Shown piece by piece: positions 15,119 through 30,489 of a stretch of DNA of 64,000 nt (positions within the stretch are counted from its first letter, which is position 1; each line of letters starts with the position of its first letter). The notes beneath the pieces were generated by a model. It was not told the origin of the DNA. It saw nothing but the letters and a program-made list of their open reading frames with translations, and did not search any database. Location of the stretch: NCBI RefSeq assembly GCF_009914755.1, contig NC_060931.1. One strand, written 5' to 3'. The translations under genes were made by a program, and so were the position numbers. Source of the DNA: the human T2T-CHM13v2.0 reference genome, Homo sapiens.

Positions 15119-15570
15119 AGTAATGTCCTAGGCCTTCATATTCACTCACCACTCACTCACTCACTAACTCGCCCAGGCAACTTCCAGTCCTGCAAGCTCC
15201 ATTTATTGTAAGTTCCCTATACAGGTGTACCATCTTAAAAATCTTTTATATTTTCTACTGTACATTTCATGTATTTAGATATACTTAGTTACATAAATAC
15301 CACAGTTGGTGACTATTACAAATTGTTACCATAAACATAACACTTACTGTGTTACAATTGCCTATAGTATTCACTACACTAATATGCTGCACAGGTTTGT
15401 CCCGTAGGAGCTATGAGCTCTTCCATATAGCCAAGGTGTATAGTGGCTACTATATATACCACCTAGGTTTCTGTAAGTACACTCTACGACATTTGCACAA
15501 TGACAAATTCACTTGACAGCACATTTCTCAGAACATATCATTTAACGCATCGTTAAACAACACATGACTG
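15118..15570 (+). mobile_element. Tigger3/Tigger3b-like DNA transposon, right part only
   Basis: cagtaatgtcctaggccttca...cttccagtcctgcaagctcc. Ends cgttaaacaacacatgactg followed by TA. Confidence 0.8.
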
Positions 15571-15574
15571 TATA

Positions 15575-17178
15575 ATGTTAGCTTTTTGTAGATGCTTTTT
15601 ATCAAGTGGATAAAGTTTCCTCTATTCCTGCTTTATAGAGAGATTTTATCATGAATGGATATTGAAATGTGTTAAATTTGTTAAATGTTTATTATGCATC
15701 AACTGATGCAACGTAACTTTTCTTTTGTTTGTTAACATGGTGGATTATTTTGATTGACTTTTTGAGACTTAATCAGGCTTGTATTTCTGGAAACAACCCC
15801 CCTTGGACATGGGGTACATTTTTTTAATATACTGTAGAACTCTATTTGTTAATATTAAGTTATACATATCTTTACATATACACACACACACCCACTCTCT
15901 CTCCTGGTTTTGGTATCAGTGTAATAATAGCTTCAAAAAATAAATTGGGGAGTGTTCTCTCCTTTTCTGTTTTCTGGAAAAGATTGTGTAGAATTGGTGT
16001 TTTTTTTTTTAAACATGGTAGAATTCTCCAGTGAAACCATCTAAACCTAGAGATTCCTTTTCTGGTAGTTTTAAAATTATGAATTCAATTTTCTTAATGG
16101 TTATAGAGTTATTCAAATGATCTATTCATGCGTGGTGAGTTGAGTTTGCTTGTGTTGCAGGAGGAACACTGCATTTTGTCCATTTTGTCTAAGTTGTCTA
16201 ATTTATGTGTGTGGAGTGGTTTGTAATATTCCTTGATTGTCCTTTGTTATATGTGGTGTCTGTAGTGATATCACCTGTTTCATTATGGTATTTAAAATTT
16301 ATGCCTTTTCTTTTCCTTTTAATTTCTGTTTGAGTTTGCTAAATTTTATTAATCTTTTAACAGAACTATCCCTTTGTTTTATTGGTTTAACTATTTTTTC
16401 TCTTTTAAATATAAGTGTTTTCTTTTCTTATCTTCATTAATCTCCACCCTCTACTTGCTTTGAGTTTATTCTGCTCTTCTTTTTCTAGGTTCCTGAGGTG
16501 GAAATCTATTGCTCACTCGAGACTTTTCCTCTTTACTAATGCATGCATTTACTGCTATAAGTTTCCTTCTCAGTACATTGATATGTCACAGTTTCATGTT
16601 TATCCAGTTCAATGTATTTTTAAAATTTTTCCTTGAGACTTCTTCTTTGACCGATAGATTAGTTAGAAGTGTGTTTTTTTAATTTCCAAGTGTTTGGGAA
16701 TTTTCATATCTTTCTTATGCTGATTTCCAATTGGATTCCCTACAATGGTTTCTGGTTTTCACCTGCTCTGGATGATTACGATCTCTTTTAAATTTGTTCT
16801 GGTGAGTTTTAGGGCCTAGGATAGCTCTATCTTGCCATGTGTTTCGTCAGCACTCAAAAAAAATGTGTATTCTGCTGTTGTTGTGTGGAATATTCTGTAA
16901 ATGCCAAATAGATTCTTTTGGTTAATGGCATTTTGAGTTGTTTTATATTCTTGTTGATTTTCTTTTTTTTTCCCCCCTTTTAAAATATGAAACGCTTCAC
17001 AAAATTTTGTGTAATCTATATGCAGGAGACGTGTTAATCTTGTCTGTGTCATTCTAATTTTAGAAAGTGCTGCCAAAGCCAACACTCCTTGCTGATTTTC
17101 TGTCTAGTTCTATCCATTATTGAAAAACGCAAGAGAAAATTTCCAACTATAATTGTGGATTCATCTATACCTACTTTC
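15575..17178 (-). mobile_element. Old L1M ORF2 remnant (left flank of the CTAGE insertion)
   Basis: Antisense L1 motifs; minus-strand peptide GIYRIFHTTTAEYTFFLS at 16816-17085. Confidence 0.75.
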
Positions 17179-17219
17179 AGTTCTGGCAGTTTTCTTTTTA
17201 AAAAAAAAATCAACTAAAG

Positions 17220-17225
17220 TTTATT
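17220..17225 (-). terminator. Polyadenylation signal AATAAA of the CTAGE retrogene
   Basis: tttatt on + strand, about 25 nt inside the left TSD. Confidence 0.75.
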
Positions 17226-17677
17226 AAATTAAGCATAAAGTTACTTTCACATTTATCTACAACCACAGTGAATACAGTTCTTGGCATGAAGACACCACAA
17301 CCTTTAGAATTTAAAGCCTCCCCACCTGCAAGATTACATATATAAAACTCCCATTATTGTTTCTATAACAGTGGATTAATTCACCAAATTAAAATAGTTA
17401 TATGATCTAGAATAATAAAATGGAATGATTTACTCATAAGATTCCTATTTAAAACATCTTTATTTACAAAATACTATCCTGAGAATTATAATTCCATTAA
17501 ACTTCAATTTGAGCAAAAGTGCAATCACTTAAGTAATAGCAGTTACTTAAACTGAAAATGAGATCAGTCAAAATTACTTTTGAAGAAAGCAACAATATTG
17601 TCAGGTTTCTTTTGTGGTCCTGGATGTTCAGTAGCATTAAAGGCGGAATCAATCCTGAAGGGAACTCGCTTCTACCT

Positions 17678-20011
17678 TCAGAATGCGGGGTTGGGGTAAA
17701 ATCCAGGTCTCGGGTGAAAGTAAGGAGGTAAACCCCTCGGTGGGTAGATGTTTCTCATTGCAAATGGAGCATGTGGTGGACCTGGGAAATCCCTTGGTGG
17801 AAAATAACCTCGAGAAGCTCCAAACATGGTTCCTGGAGGAGGTGGGGGGAAAGGAGGTCCTCTTCTCATGAACGGGCCCCTTGTATCCACTGGAAACAAT
17901 GGTCCTCTGACTGGAGCAAGAGGTGGAGGAATAAGGCCAGGGCCAGTTGCTTCATTTTCAGCAGGGAGAGATGAATCAGGCACATTTAAATTACCAAGAT
18001 CATCTTTGGCATCATTTCTACTGGATTCCATTTCTGAAGGCATTGACCCATCCATTTTATCCAAAGAAGTCATTTTAAAACTTCTGGGTTCTGCTGATCC
18101 AGACAGTCTTTCAGAATTAGAATAAAATCTGTCTTCCCTTTGAGGAGGAAGAGCTGAATCAGGATATGATTGTCCTGGTGGAGGAAACATCATCTTACAG
18201 TCCTGTTCCACCGGAGATGACAGGGACCCAGTGTCAGAAGGAGCCCTGTGAGGATCGGTTAACCTGTCACAGCTTGGTTCTCCTCTTTCATTGGTAATCT
18301 GATGGTCCAGGGGATTCCCTGGGCCTCTTGGGCCTCTTCCTCCTCCCTCCGGAAGCACAGGTGAGAGTCCCAGTGGATCCTCCAACAAAGTTTGAGGAGA
18401 GAGAAAAGCTCTCGTTTCAGATGAACGCTGACCCAATGGTGCGGGACCATTCGGGGCATGCTCTCTGCCAAATGCTGTATTTGAAACATCAAGTGCATTA
18501 GGATCTTTTTCTAAAAGTTCAAATTTCAACTCTGTTTCAGTTAATTTTTGTTTGTTGTGAGCATTTTCTTTCCTTAAATCACTGAGGTTTCTTTCAGCAG
18601 TCCGAGCTGCCAACCAATTATCATGTCCTCTTTTCTCGTAGGAAATAACCTGCTTTTGATAAAAATGAACAGTTCTCTCCAATTCTTCTTCAAGATCTTT
18701 GGCTAGCTTTCTATAGGTCTCCAGCTGTTCAGTGGCACGGCTGAGCTTTTCTTCCACTTTAGAAAGCTTCTCTTCTTCCTCTATTCGGTAATTTTCCTCC
18801 ACTGTTAATTTCCTATAGAGTTTCATTTCATCTTCTTGATAGAATTCAGTCATTATTTTAAGTTTCTGTTGAAGCTTCTGATTCTCACTTTCAAAATATA
18901 TGTTTTCTGATTGCAAAGATTCTTGTTGAGTCTGAAGATTTTTAATATGCTCTGTAAGCTCTTCCTTTGTTTTGTCCACTTCAGATAACTGAATAATAAT
19001 GTGGTTTCTTTCTCCTTCTAAGCTTTTTAAAGAAACATTTAACTTAGCAGCATGAATCAGTTTCTTCAAAGCTCCTTTCAGAGGATCATCTAAGTTAGCA
19101 CCATTTTCCCATTGACTGTTCACTTCTAATTCCAGGTTATCATCATCCGTTGTGTCTTCTTCAAGCACAGCAGCCTGATCTTTCATCATTGGCAAGTGTC
19201 CAGTCAGGGTCTTGATGTGATTTTCTTTATCATTCAGAACTTGTTCTGCGTGTACTTTGGAGTCTTCAAATGTTATTTTCTGTTTATTAAGTTCACTCAC
19301 TTCTCCTTTCCATACTTCAGCTTCTTGCTGAAAAAGCTGTTTATGGCTTGTCTGAAGTTGAGAATTTTCATTCAAAGCATCTTTTATTGCTATAGCCCGT
19401 CGTTCTTCACTCATTTTAAATGTCTTGCAGATGATTTTGGCTTCAGCTATTTGTGATTTGAGGGATTTTGACTCATCTTCTAGAGACTGTATACTTTTTG
19501 AAATATCCGCCATCAATTCATCTTGTTGAGAATGTTTAGATTTCTCTTCTTTTAAGTCTTTTTCTAGACAGAGGATTTCATCCTCAAGTTCAGAATTGGA
19601 CCTGTTCAGCTTTTCACAGGTTGCCTCCAAACTTCGTGCTTCTTCTGCTGCCGCCTTCTCAAAGCTGGCATCCTCTAAAGATGACTCTACTTCATAGCCT
19701 TCATACTCTTTTTGAATAAGGCTAAACTTTTCAAGTAGTTTACATTTTTCTTCAATTAGTCCAGAAAGCGTTGCACCAAGTTTTTGCTCTCTTCCCACGT
19801 AAAGCCGACTCCTAACCGATCTAAAACTTCTCCACAAAAAAAGGAGAACAACAAAAAATCCAATAACAGCTGCACATACCACCAGTTCCGATGGAAAACC
19901 ATAAGGATTCTCATCTGGTCTCATACTCTCAGGTAGTGCTGCCACAACTCTGCGTAGCTCCTCCAGGACCAGCCCCAGGTAGGGCTGAGGGGTAGCACCG
20001 GGCTCCTCCAT
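17678..20011 (-). CDS. CTAGE6: CTAGE family member (cTAGE5/MIA2-derived retrogene), 777 aa: N-terminal TM, two coiled-coil regions, proline-rich C-terminus
   Basis: Intact [36 protein letters not shown]...[11 protein letters not shown] at 20011 in strong Kozak context (gctATGG). Hydrophobic segment [19 protein letters not shown]. The family call is secure; CTAGE6 versus the near-identical paralogs CTAGE4/8/15 is less so. Confidence 0.9.
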
Positions 20012-20271
20012 AGCGTCGAGGCTGCTCTGGCGGTCACCGCAGTAACACTGGCCACAACAAGCGGTGGAGAACACGCAGCCTTGGGTCTGGAACCCGAATG
20101 CGCACGTGACAACCAACCGGAGCGGACCACTGTGGAGCGGGCTGCGGGGGGAGCTGGGGAACGCGGGCACCCACAGGCCTCACAGGCCCATGTTGTCCCC
20201 CACCACCTCCCCTGGCCCTCTTGTTACACTTCACATCCTGAGGCAGCGCTGGTCTGAGCCCGGCCCGCCTT
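19980..20271 (-). promoter_or_regulatory. CpG/GC-rich 5' leader carried in with the retrocopy; possible promoter
   Basis: Dense CpG (gcgtcg, ggcggtcaccgc, cgcacgtg, cggcccgcc) in otherwise AT-rich, CpG-poor L1 flanks. Promoter activity is inferred. Confidence 0.5.
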
Positions 20272-20287
20272 AGTTCTGGCAGTTTTC

Positions 20288-21400
20288 ACATCACATATTT
20301 TGAAGCTTTATTTTTTGGTGAATACACTTTTAAAATTGCTGTCTTCTTCATGAATTAAACCTTTGATCATTATATAATCTGTTTCTGGTAATTTTCTTTG
20401 CTTTATCTGATATACATACAGGCACTCTTGCTTTCCTTTCATTAATGTTTGTGTAATATATCTTTTTTCATCCTGTTAATTTGGCCTGCCCTGTATTGGT
20501 AAATTTCAAGTGAGTTTCTTGTACACAGCATGCAAGAAACATATAAGAAAGGGTCATACTTTTACATACACTCTTCTATTATCTGTCTCTTGGTAGACCA
20601 TTCATAATTAAATGAATTATTGATACTTTAGTGCATAAGCCTGACAGTTTTTGTTTTCTCTATCAACTCTTGTGTCTCTGCTTGTTTTTCATGACTTTCT
20701 GTGGGTTATTTGAACATTTATTTTAGAATTCCATTTTGTTATTCATAGTGTTTATGATGTATCTTCTTTTTTATAGTTTTCTGGTTGCTTTTTATAGCTT
20801 AGTGGTTGTTCTAGATATTCCTTTATACATACATTATCACAGTCAATTGGTGTCATCTGTATTCCAGTTTGAGTGTAGTATAGCAACCCTGTGTCATTTT
20901 ATGTCTCTTTACCCTCTCAAATTTATAGTATCATTGTCTTACATCCATTTAGATTAACACCAGACAATGCTATGATTTTTGCTTGAAACATCAAACATAA
21001 TTTAGGAAATCGAAATCTATGCCAATAAATAAAGTGAGCATTTTAGAGCTGCCAGAAGGAAATAGGACACGACCTGCTTTGTCTTTCATTTTTTCTTTCT
21101 TTCCTTTATATTGATCATAGATATTATGATGCCCTATCTATTAACTCCAATATCTGGATTATCTGTGAATTTGTTTTTAATAATTGATTTATTTTTTATG
21201 AGTCTGTATTTCTTGCTTTTTTGTGTATGTGGTAACTTTTTAAAAGTATGCTGAGTTTCTGGATAATATGATATAGAAATGCCCAAAAATTTTGAATTTT
21301 TTTCTGGACAGATGTTATATTACCTGCAGATCACCTTGCTGCTCTCAAGACCTAGTTTTAAGCTGTGCTATGGTAATGATATTTTATTTTCCTCTTAGGA
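20288..21400 (-). mobile_element. Old L1M remnant (right flank of the CTAGE insertion)
   Basis: Antisense L1 motifs, e.g. ttttatctgatata...ctcttgctttc and aagtgagtttcttgtacacagcat. End approximate. Confidence 0.6.
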
Positions 21401-21912
21401 CATATGCCTTACTCCTAGGATACTGTACCTCTCCTTAGACAGAATCTTTAGGGTCCCAACTGGGTTTCTCAGTTGTTTACCAACATTTCCCCATCTGGCT
21501 GGATCTGAAACCCAGTAGGTTTCCAGGAAATTTTCAGTCCCTGATGATCTCTTCTGCTTTCCCAGCAGTTGCTTTCTACTAGGTCTCTCCTCTTCTTAGC
21601 CAACTGTCACACAGCTAAAGAGTCACGGAAGGACCAAAATGGCATTTACACACCCATTTCCAGGGTTCTTTCTCTCTCCCATATGGTACATTAACCCCCA
21701 ATTCCCAACCAGCTTATTAGCTTTGAACTCTATTTTTTGCTTCTTTTGGTTACCAAGACCACTAACCTCTGGTTGGGTCCCATTTTCCTGTACCAAGGTC
21801 AGGAAGATGCCTTTCTGGAAAACCCTGGCAAATGTGGTACTAACCTCATGTGTCTCACCTTCCTTAAAGATCTCATACCTGACTTGGTACAACAATGTTC
21901 TTCAATGCCTGC

Positions 21913-22295
21913 TGATATGGTTTGGCTGTGTCCTTACCCAGATCCCATCTTGAATTGTAGCTCCCATAATTCCCACGTGTAGCCTTGCCCACCTGAACCA
22001 TGCTGAGGACCTGGTGAGAGGTAATTGAGTCATGGGGGTGGGTCTTTCCCATGCTGTTCTTGTGATAGTGAATAAGTCTCATGAGATCTGATGGTTTTAC
22101 AAAGGGGAGCTCCCCAGCACATGCCCTCTCTCTTGTCTGCCATGTAAGATGTGCCTTTGCTTTTCCTTTGCCTTCTATCATGATTGTGAGTTCTCCCCAG
22201 CCATGTGGAACTGTGAGTCCACTAAACCTCTTTCTTTTATAAATTCCCTAGTCTTGGGTATGTCTTTATTAGCAGCATGAGAACAGACTAATACA
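21913..22295 (+). mobile_element. THE1-family (ERVL-MaLR) solo LTR
   Basis: tgatatggtttggctgtgtc...gcagcatgagaacagactaataca; 5-bp TSD-like cctgc / actgc. Confidence 0.92.
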
Positions 22296-23367
22296 ACTGC
22301 CAAGAATTTTTTTTCTATATTTTGTCCAGATTGTATAGTTTTTTATCGTGGGAGGGTGAATGTGACACCAGCTACTTTGGTGTCAAGTAGCCAAGTCATG
22401 TACTAATGTGTTTTTAATGTAGAGCTATACAGTCTTCTTTCTATACTTAAATTTTTAATTAAAATATGATAATTAAAATATTACTAAAAATTTCTTAATG
22501 ATTTTATTTCATGAGGGAAGAGACTTGGTCAGGAATGTGAAGTATGGCTTACAAGTATTTTCTTGCTAGCTGTGAAATAGATTGGAGGAAGTATTATCCG
22601 GTCCCCCATTTGGCAGATGCAGAACCTTGAGGTTAAAAGACATAAACAGTTTGAAGTTCACCTTATAATTGATTAGAAAGGGCAGACCTGAAACTCAGGT
22701 TCAGCATTAGACCTCCATGTCTTTGGCACAAAAACATACCATCTCTTGACTTTTGCCCTGTCTTCATAATTCCAAAGAGCCTGAGATTACTTTCAGACTA
22801 TACCATTTTCCTTATTAGTAAGTAATCTGTCTGAAGGTCTGCATGAGACAGTCATAGTGTCAGCCAGAAGTCTGACATTCAAGCTCATTTCAAAGCCCCT
22901 GGAAATAGACTCTCTTCACTGCCTTCTGTGTGGACGTCCATTGCTCTGCAGTCTGAGACTTGAGTCCACACCAGGCAAACACCTCCCTAACTCCTCAGCC
23001 TCCATTCTTATCCCCACGGTCAAAGTTCAAGTCCTCAGCACCTCTCACCTGGACTGTTCCAGAAGCCTCCTCACTAGTTTCCCTACCTCTAGCCACAATC
23101 CCAACTGAGCTGTCTCCCAGAATACTGCCAAATTAACCATAAATTTCAGCTTAAAACCTTTCAGTAAATTCCTGTTGCCTTCAGGTAGAATCCTTCAGTA
23201 AATTCCTGTTGCCAACCTTCTCATCATCTGGGTCTGCCTTCACCTCCTGCCTCAAGTTCCAGGTTCCCATCTTTGCACCCCTTCTCCCGCAATTCCAAAC
23301 TGATGATCGTTTTCAGAACATTTCACCACAGTTCATATTTCTGTGCATTTACAAATACTACTCTTTC

Positions 23368-23476
23368 TTCCTGAAATGGTTTTGCCCTCTTTCTATAACA
23401 GGGTTTCCTGAAATGGTTTTGCCTTCTTTCTATAACAGGGTTTCCTGAAATGGTTTTGCCTTCTTTCTATAACAGG
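23368..23476. repeat. 37-bp tandem repeat, about 3 copies
   Basis: Unit ttcctgaaatggttttgccttctttctataacagggt; the ctgaaatgg motif recurs at 23371, 23408 and 23445. Confidence 0.95.
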
Positions 23477-23559
23477 AAAACTCCTGTTTATCTTTTAAAA
23501 TCAGCACCTTGTCCCACCTCCCCACTCCGCCCACAAAAACAAAGAAAAGAAAGGAAGAA

Positions 23560-23932
23560 GGAAATACCTGATACTGGTAATTTACAATGAAAAGAAGTTG
23601 AATTGGCTTATGGTTCTGCAAACTGTACAGGGAGCATCTCCTCAGCCTCTGATGAGGCCTCAGGAAGGTTTTACTCATGGCAGAAGTCAAAGTGGGAGCA
23701 GACAGACATCTCACAAGGCAGAGCAAAAGCAAGAAAGAGAGAGTCAGGGGGAAGTGCTACACACATTTATAAATGACCAGATCTCTGAGAACTCACTTAC
23801 TATGGTGAGGATAGCACCAAGCCATGAGCAATCCACCTCCATGACCCAAACACCTACCATTAGGCCCTACTTCCAACATTGGGGATTATAATTTAACATT
23901 AGATTTGGTGGGGACGTATCCAAACTATATCA
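23560..23932 (-). mobile_element. MST-family (ERVL-MaLR) LTR
   Basis: aattggcttatggttctgca...ccaacattggggattata...ccaaactatatca, the reverse of the tgatatagtttgg start. Confidence 0.85.
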
Positions 23933-23967
23933 CTCTGCTTCAAGTCGGAGTGTCTTCCTGGAAATTA

Positions 23968-24273
<306 letters not shown>

Positions 24274-25646
24274 GCTTTAATGTAATAGGCAGACTTCATG
24301 AAGATACATTTCATGAAGGTATTGAGTTGGGGGAGTGTACTGATTTATATATTTACCTTCAAAGCATTCTTTTGAATTATTCTGTCAGCATAGAAGACTA
24401 CGTACATCCACTTCACCTCTACAGATGGGAGCAGCCACACAGCCAACTGAACACCCCATGTTTTCTCTTTGAGAAACAAACTACTTCCTGAGAGTTAGAA
24501 GTCTTCTATCCTAGAAAATTTGGTGTTAGTATCAGAAAGATAGACCAAGGCAAGAATATGCAATAAATATTGGCTTGTGCCCCACAAATGGCTGCTTTTT
24601 GGTCAGGAACGTGTGCCAGGATATTCTGTGCTGAAGGATCAGTGTCACTGCAAGTCCATGATGAATGCGCATTACTAAGCCACATACTCATAATTAATCT
24701 TCAGCGACACGTGAAGAAAACTAAATTTCAAAATGAAAAACGAATAAGTGGTAGAGCAAGAATGTGAAACAGATCATTGAATTCCAGAACCAGTGCCCTT
24801 AACTGAGAGAACATAGCATCATAGCTATTCTTTTCCTAATTGCAAGAGCCCAAGATATGCTTAAAGTGAAAAAATATATATATAAATTCACTTTCCTTTA
24901 GTGGCCTTTTTTGCTTTTTCATCTGTTCTATGAATCTTTATTCTGAGAGCTGCCTTTACTTTCTCTCTGATTGAAATGGGGATGACAACCAAGGGACCCC
25001 ACCATTCTCATCATCAGAGTAGGTGTGACTACAGATGGCCAGTCTTAGCATTCCATGCCCTGGACCTCAAGACTTGACTATGAATGTTCAAACGACCTAA
25101 GTATAGCCAGTCAGTGTCCAGATGAGTGATAAAGGCATTAATGGAGAAATAATTTCTTTCTTTCTGAGATAATGATTTCTACAAACCATTTAAGCCTGGA
25201 ATTGCCTTGTAATATTATCTTCACACAAAGAGAGCTTGATGGACAATAAGCACCATCACCACCCACCCCCACCCCTACCATACACACACACATAAATGAC
25301 AAATCAAAGGCAAAGAGCGATACCCCTAGGGATATTGTTAAAGAATCTAGATATAGTACTGATTAAAGCTCCAGGTCAACATCTAGACATTTTTGTTTCC
25401 TTAATCAATAAACTGCTTTTTTTTTTTTTTTTTTTTTTTTGCTTCTACTTGTTTCAGTTTAGTTTCTATTACCTGCTCACAAAAAATGTATCTAAAAGCA
25501 TATGTACAATTTAAATAATAATTATAAAGGGAACAATCAGATCAGCAACAGATTAAGAAATAGAATGTTGCCAATAATTGAAGTCCTCCATATGTTCCTC
25601 CAAGTTCATTGTCCCTCTCCTACCACCAGATGGAACACTAATCTGA

Positions 25647-27691
<2,045 letters not shown>

Positions 27692-28839
27692 CTACAGAGG
27701 CCTATGATATTTACTGAAATCAAAGAAATCCTTTTATTATTCTAGAAAGAAGTTGCAATATGACTTTAATATCTCCCCAGTTTTTTTCTGTCTTGTAACC
27801 AGCTATAAAACTTTGGGTGATACTGGTCATCAGATTGAATAAGAGGAAACTTTGCAATGGTCCCCTTTTCCCCATTTATACATGCAAGAATCAGAACTTA
27901 TGGGAATATTTTTAGCAATATTTTTGTGGGGGACGATGATGAAAACTTTCAGAGGAAATAATTAGCTTTTAATTAAATTTCTTGGCCCTTGACATTGTAC
28001 GGTCCTTGTCTTCATCTCTTACCATGCCTGTTTCTTCTCTCTCCTCACTTGAACTCAGCCAACATTAATTTTGGAGACACTTTTCTCTGAATTATCACCT
28101 CACCTTGTCCTGCTTTGTCACTACACTCTGGATCAAGGGCATTCCTCTAAATTGGAAGATCCCCAAGTGTCTTTATATAACTCGAGTCTTTTCCTGACTC
28201 TCCTCAAGATGGCACCCAAAGCACAGGCTCCAGCCTCTTCAACTTCGCCGTCCATTACTAGAAAGACAGATCTTTTCTAAAACTCTAACACAGCTTTAAA
28301 AAAACAGAAGGCAGGCTCCCCGTAAAAGATCTAGAGAGATGGTATCACATGGTAAAAGAAAACCAAGAACTCGCCCAGAACAAAGTGCTGCAAAGAACAA
28401 GAATGACCACAAGAAGTCTTGCAAGTCCAGAGGGAGCAGATGGGGGAAACAGATAAGTCTCAGGAATGCAAGGATAATGTATTCCTAATACATCTATTCG
28501 TTCTCTGAATTCACAGATTACAAGAAAAAAAAATTTATGCTCATGCCAAAAAATAAATTGAAAAAATCCAAGTCCCGATGATGGTTAAACATTAGCAGCA
28601 TAGTAAAATAGAAATAAACTTCCTATGAGAAGTAGTATATCTACCAGAAACCTTCGGCAAGCATTATACTCAGCTGTAAAAAGTCAGATGCATTCACATT
28701 AAATTCACAAACAAAAGAATGTTCACTCTCAGTGTTACCTTCAACATACTCATAGAGGTCCTTATCAGTGCATTAAGACAAGAAAAATAAACTGGACAGA
28801 AATAAATAAAAGTCATAATATTTGGAAAATATGATCCTT

Positions 28840-29232
28840 TATAATTTGAGGGTGGATCTAATAGACTTAGTTGATGAATTGGATGTGATAGGGACAGGTA
28901 AACAAAGATCAAGGATGATACCTAGGCTTTTGGCTTGAGCCATCAGTGTTTTTCAGAACTTTAACTGAGATAATGGAAAATGAGGGTACGGGATGAAGAG
29001 AAAATAGCTAGACAGTTTGAGATATGAGTCTAGACTTTAGAGGTTTGGGGTACAGAATGAAGAGAAGATATTAGATAGGCAGTTTAATAGATGAATCTAG
29101 ACTTCAGAGCAGAGGTCAGTTCTGCAAATATAAATTTAGAAGTCATCAGAAAATAGATGGTATTCAAAGCTTTAGGCCAAATTGAAATCTCAGAAAAAGA
29201 ACATTGAGAATGCTGCAAACCAACATTTTGAG

Positions 29233-29264
<32 letters not shown>

Positions 29265-29720
29265 GAGATTTGGAAGACTAGCTCCATGAGATAAGAGAAA
29301 AGCTCAAGCTTATTATAGCATCACATAGCTGTGGGAGAGAAGTTTTTTTGGGGGGAGGGAGTGGGAAGGAGTGAGATCGAGATGTCAACATTCATATGTT
29401 ATTGAATGCTGATAGAAAAATCATATAAATAAAGATGAAAAAGTAACCTTGAAATCTATCCACATGGGACTACTGGTAACCTTGACAAGGTAACGTGGCA
29501 GATGAGTTGGAAAGCGAGCTAGGGTGGGTTGAGGAGATCAGGGAAGTGAGGAACTTGAGAAATCTCATGTTCAAAATGCTTTTGATCATTGTTCTTGATA
29601 AGGAAGCAGAGAAATCAAGGGATAACTAGAGGGATAAAGGACCCAGAGAAGAGCTTATTTTTTAAGGTGATGAGATACTAGAGAGTATTTTTACATTGAT
29701 GTAAATAATGCAGTATGGGG
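28840..29720 (-). mobile_element. L2 remnant
   Basis: Purine-rich L2 motifs aaggatgatacctaggcttttggcttgagc, aaatttagaagtcatcag and ggtaaccttgacaag. Confidence 0.65.
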
Positions 29721-29970
29721 AGAGAGATTATGACTTATGTGTTGGAAAGGGGGGGAAGTAAACTAAATTTAATATTATATAAAATTGTAAAGTAGTTTAC
29801 AAGAGAAACCATTTGGATAGAATGTGATCCATAAGTCAGCCTGACAAACTAATTTTCTATCAACTCATTTGGATTTGAAGTTTGTTCTATGCTTGACTTT
29901 TAAGAAACTTATGTGTAAAAAAATGCATATTTTTCTTTTAAAGAAATTTGGTTAGCTCAGAGTATTTTGG

Positions 29971-30284
<314 letters not shown>

Positions 30285-30489
30285 TAGCAAAATATCTGGG
30301 ATTTTCCCCCAGTAATGGCACCTTACTTCCGAATATATCTTTGGTATCTGGGATGTACCTATATTAACAAAAGGCTTATTATTAATAATTCATAGTTCAA
30401 AACTTTCTATGGATGAAAAAGTGCAGATTTGACTAGAATAATACAGACTGCCTATCTGCTCTCAACTCACTTGATTTAGTTTAATTTTA

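Larger units (their letters stand above)
17179..20287 (-). other. Full retrocopy unit of a CTAGE5/MIA2-type mRNA, including TSDs
   Basis: 16-bp TSD agttctggcagttttc at 17179-17194 and 20272-20287. No introns. AATAAA on the minus strand at 17220-17225, then a short degenerate A tail. Confidence 0.93.

Noticed and set aside
20012-20170. 830-aa version of the CTAGE ORF starting at 20170
   Set aside because: It starts at GTG (an alternative-start call by the ORF finder); the family N-terminus MEEPG begins at ATG 20011.
23368-23476. 37-bp repeats as a CRISPR-like array
   Set aside because: Units are head-to-tail with no unique spacers, there are no cas genes, and the context is eukaryotic.
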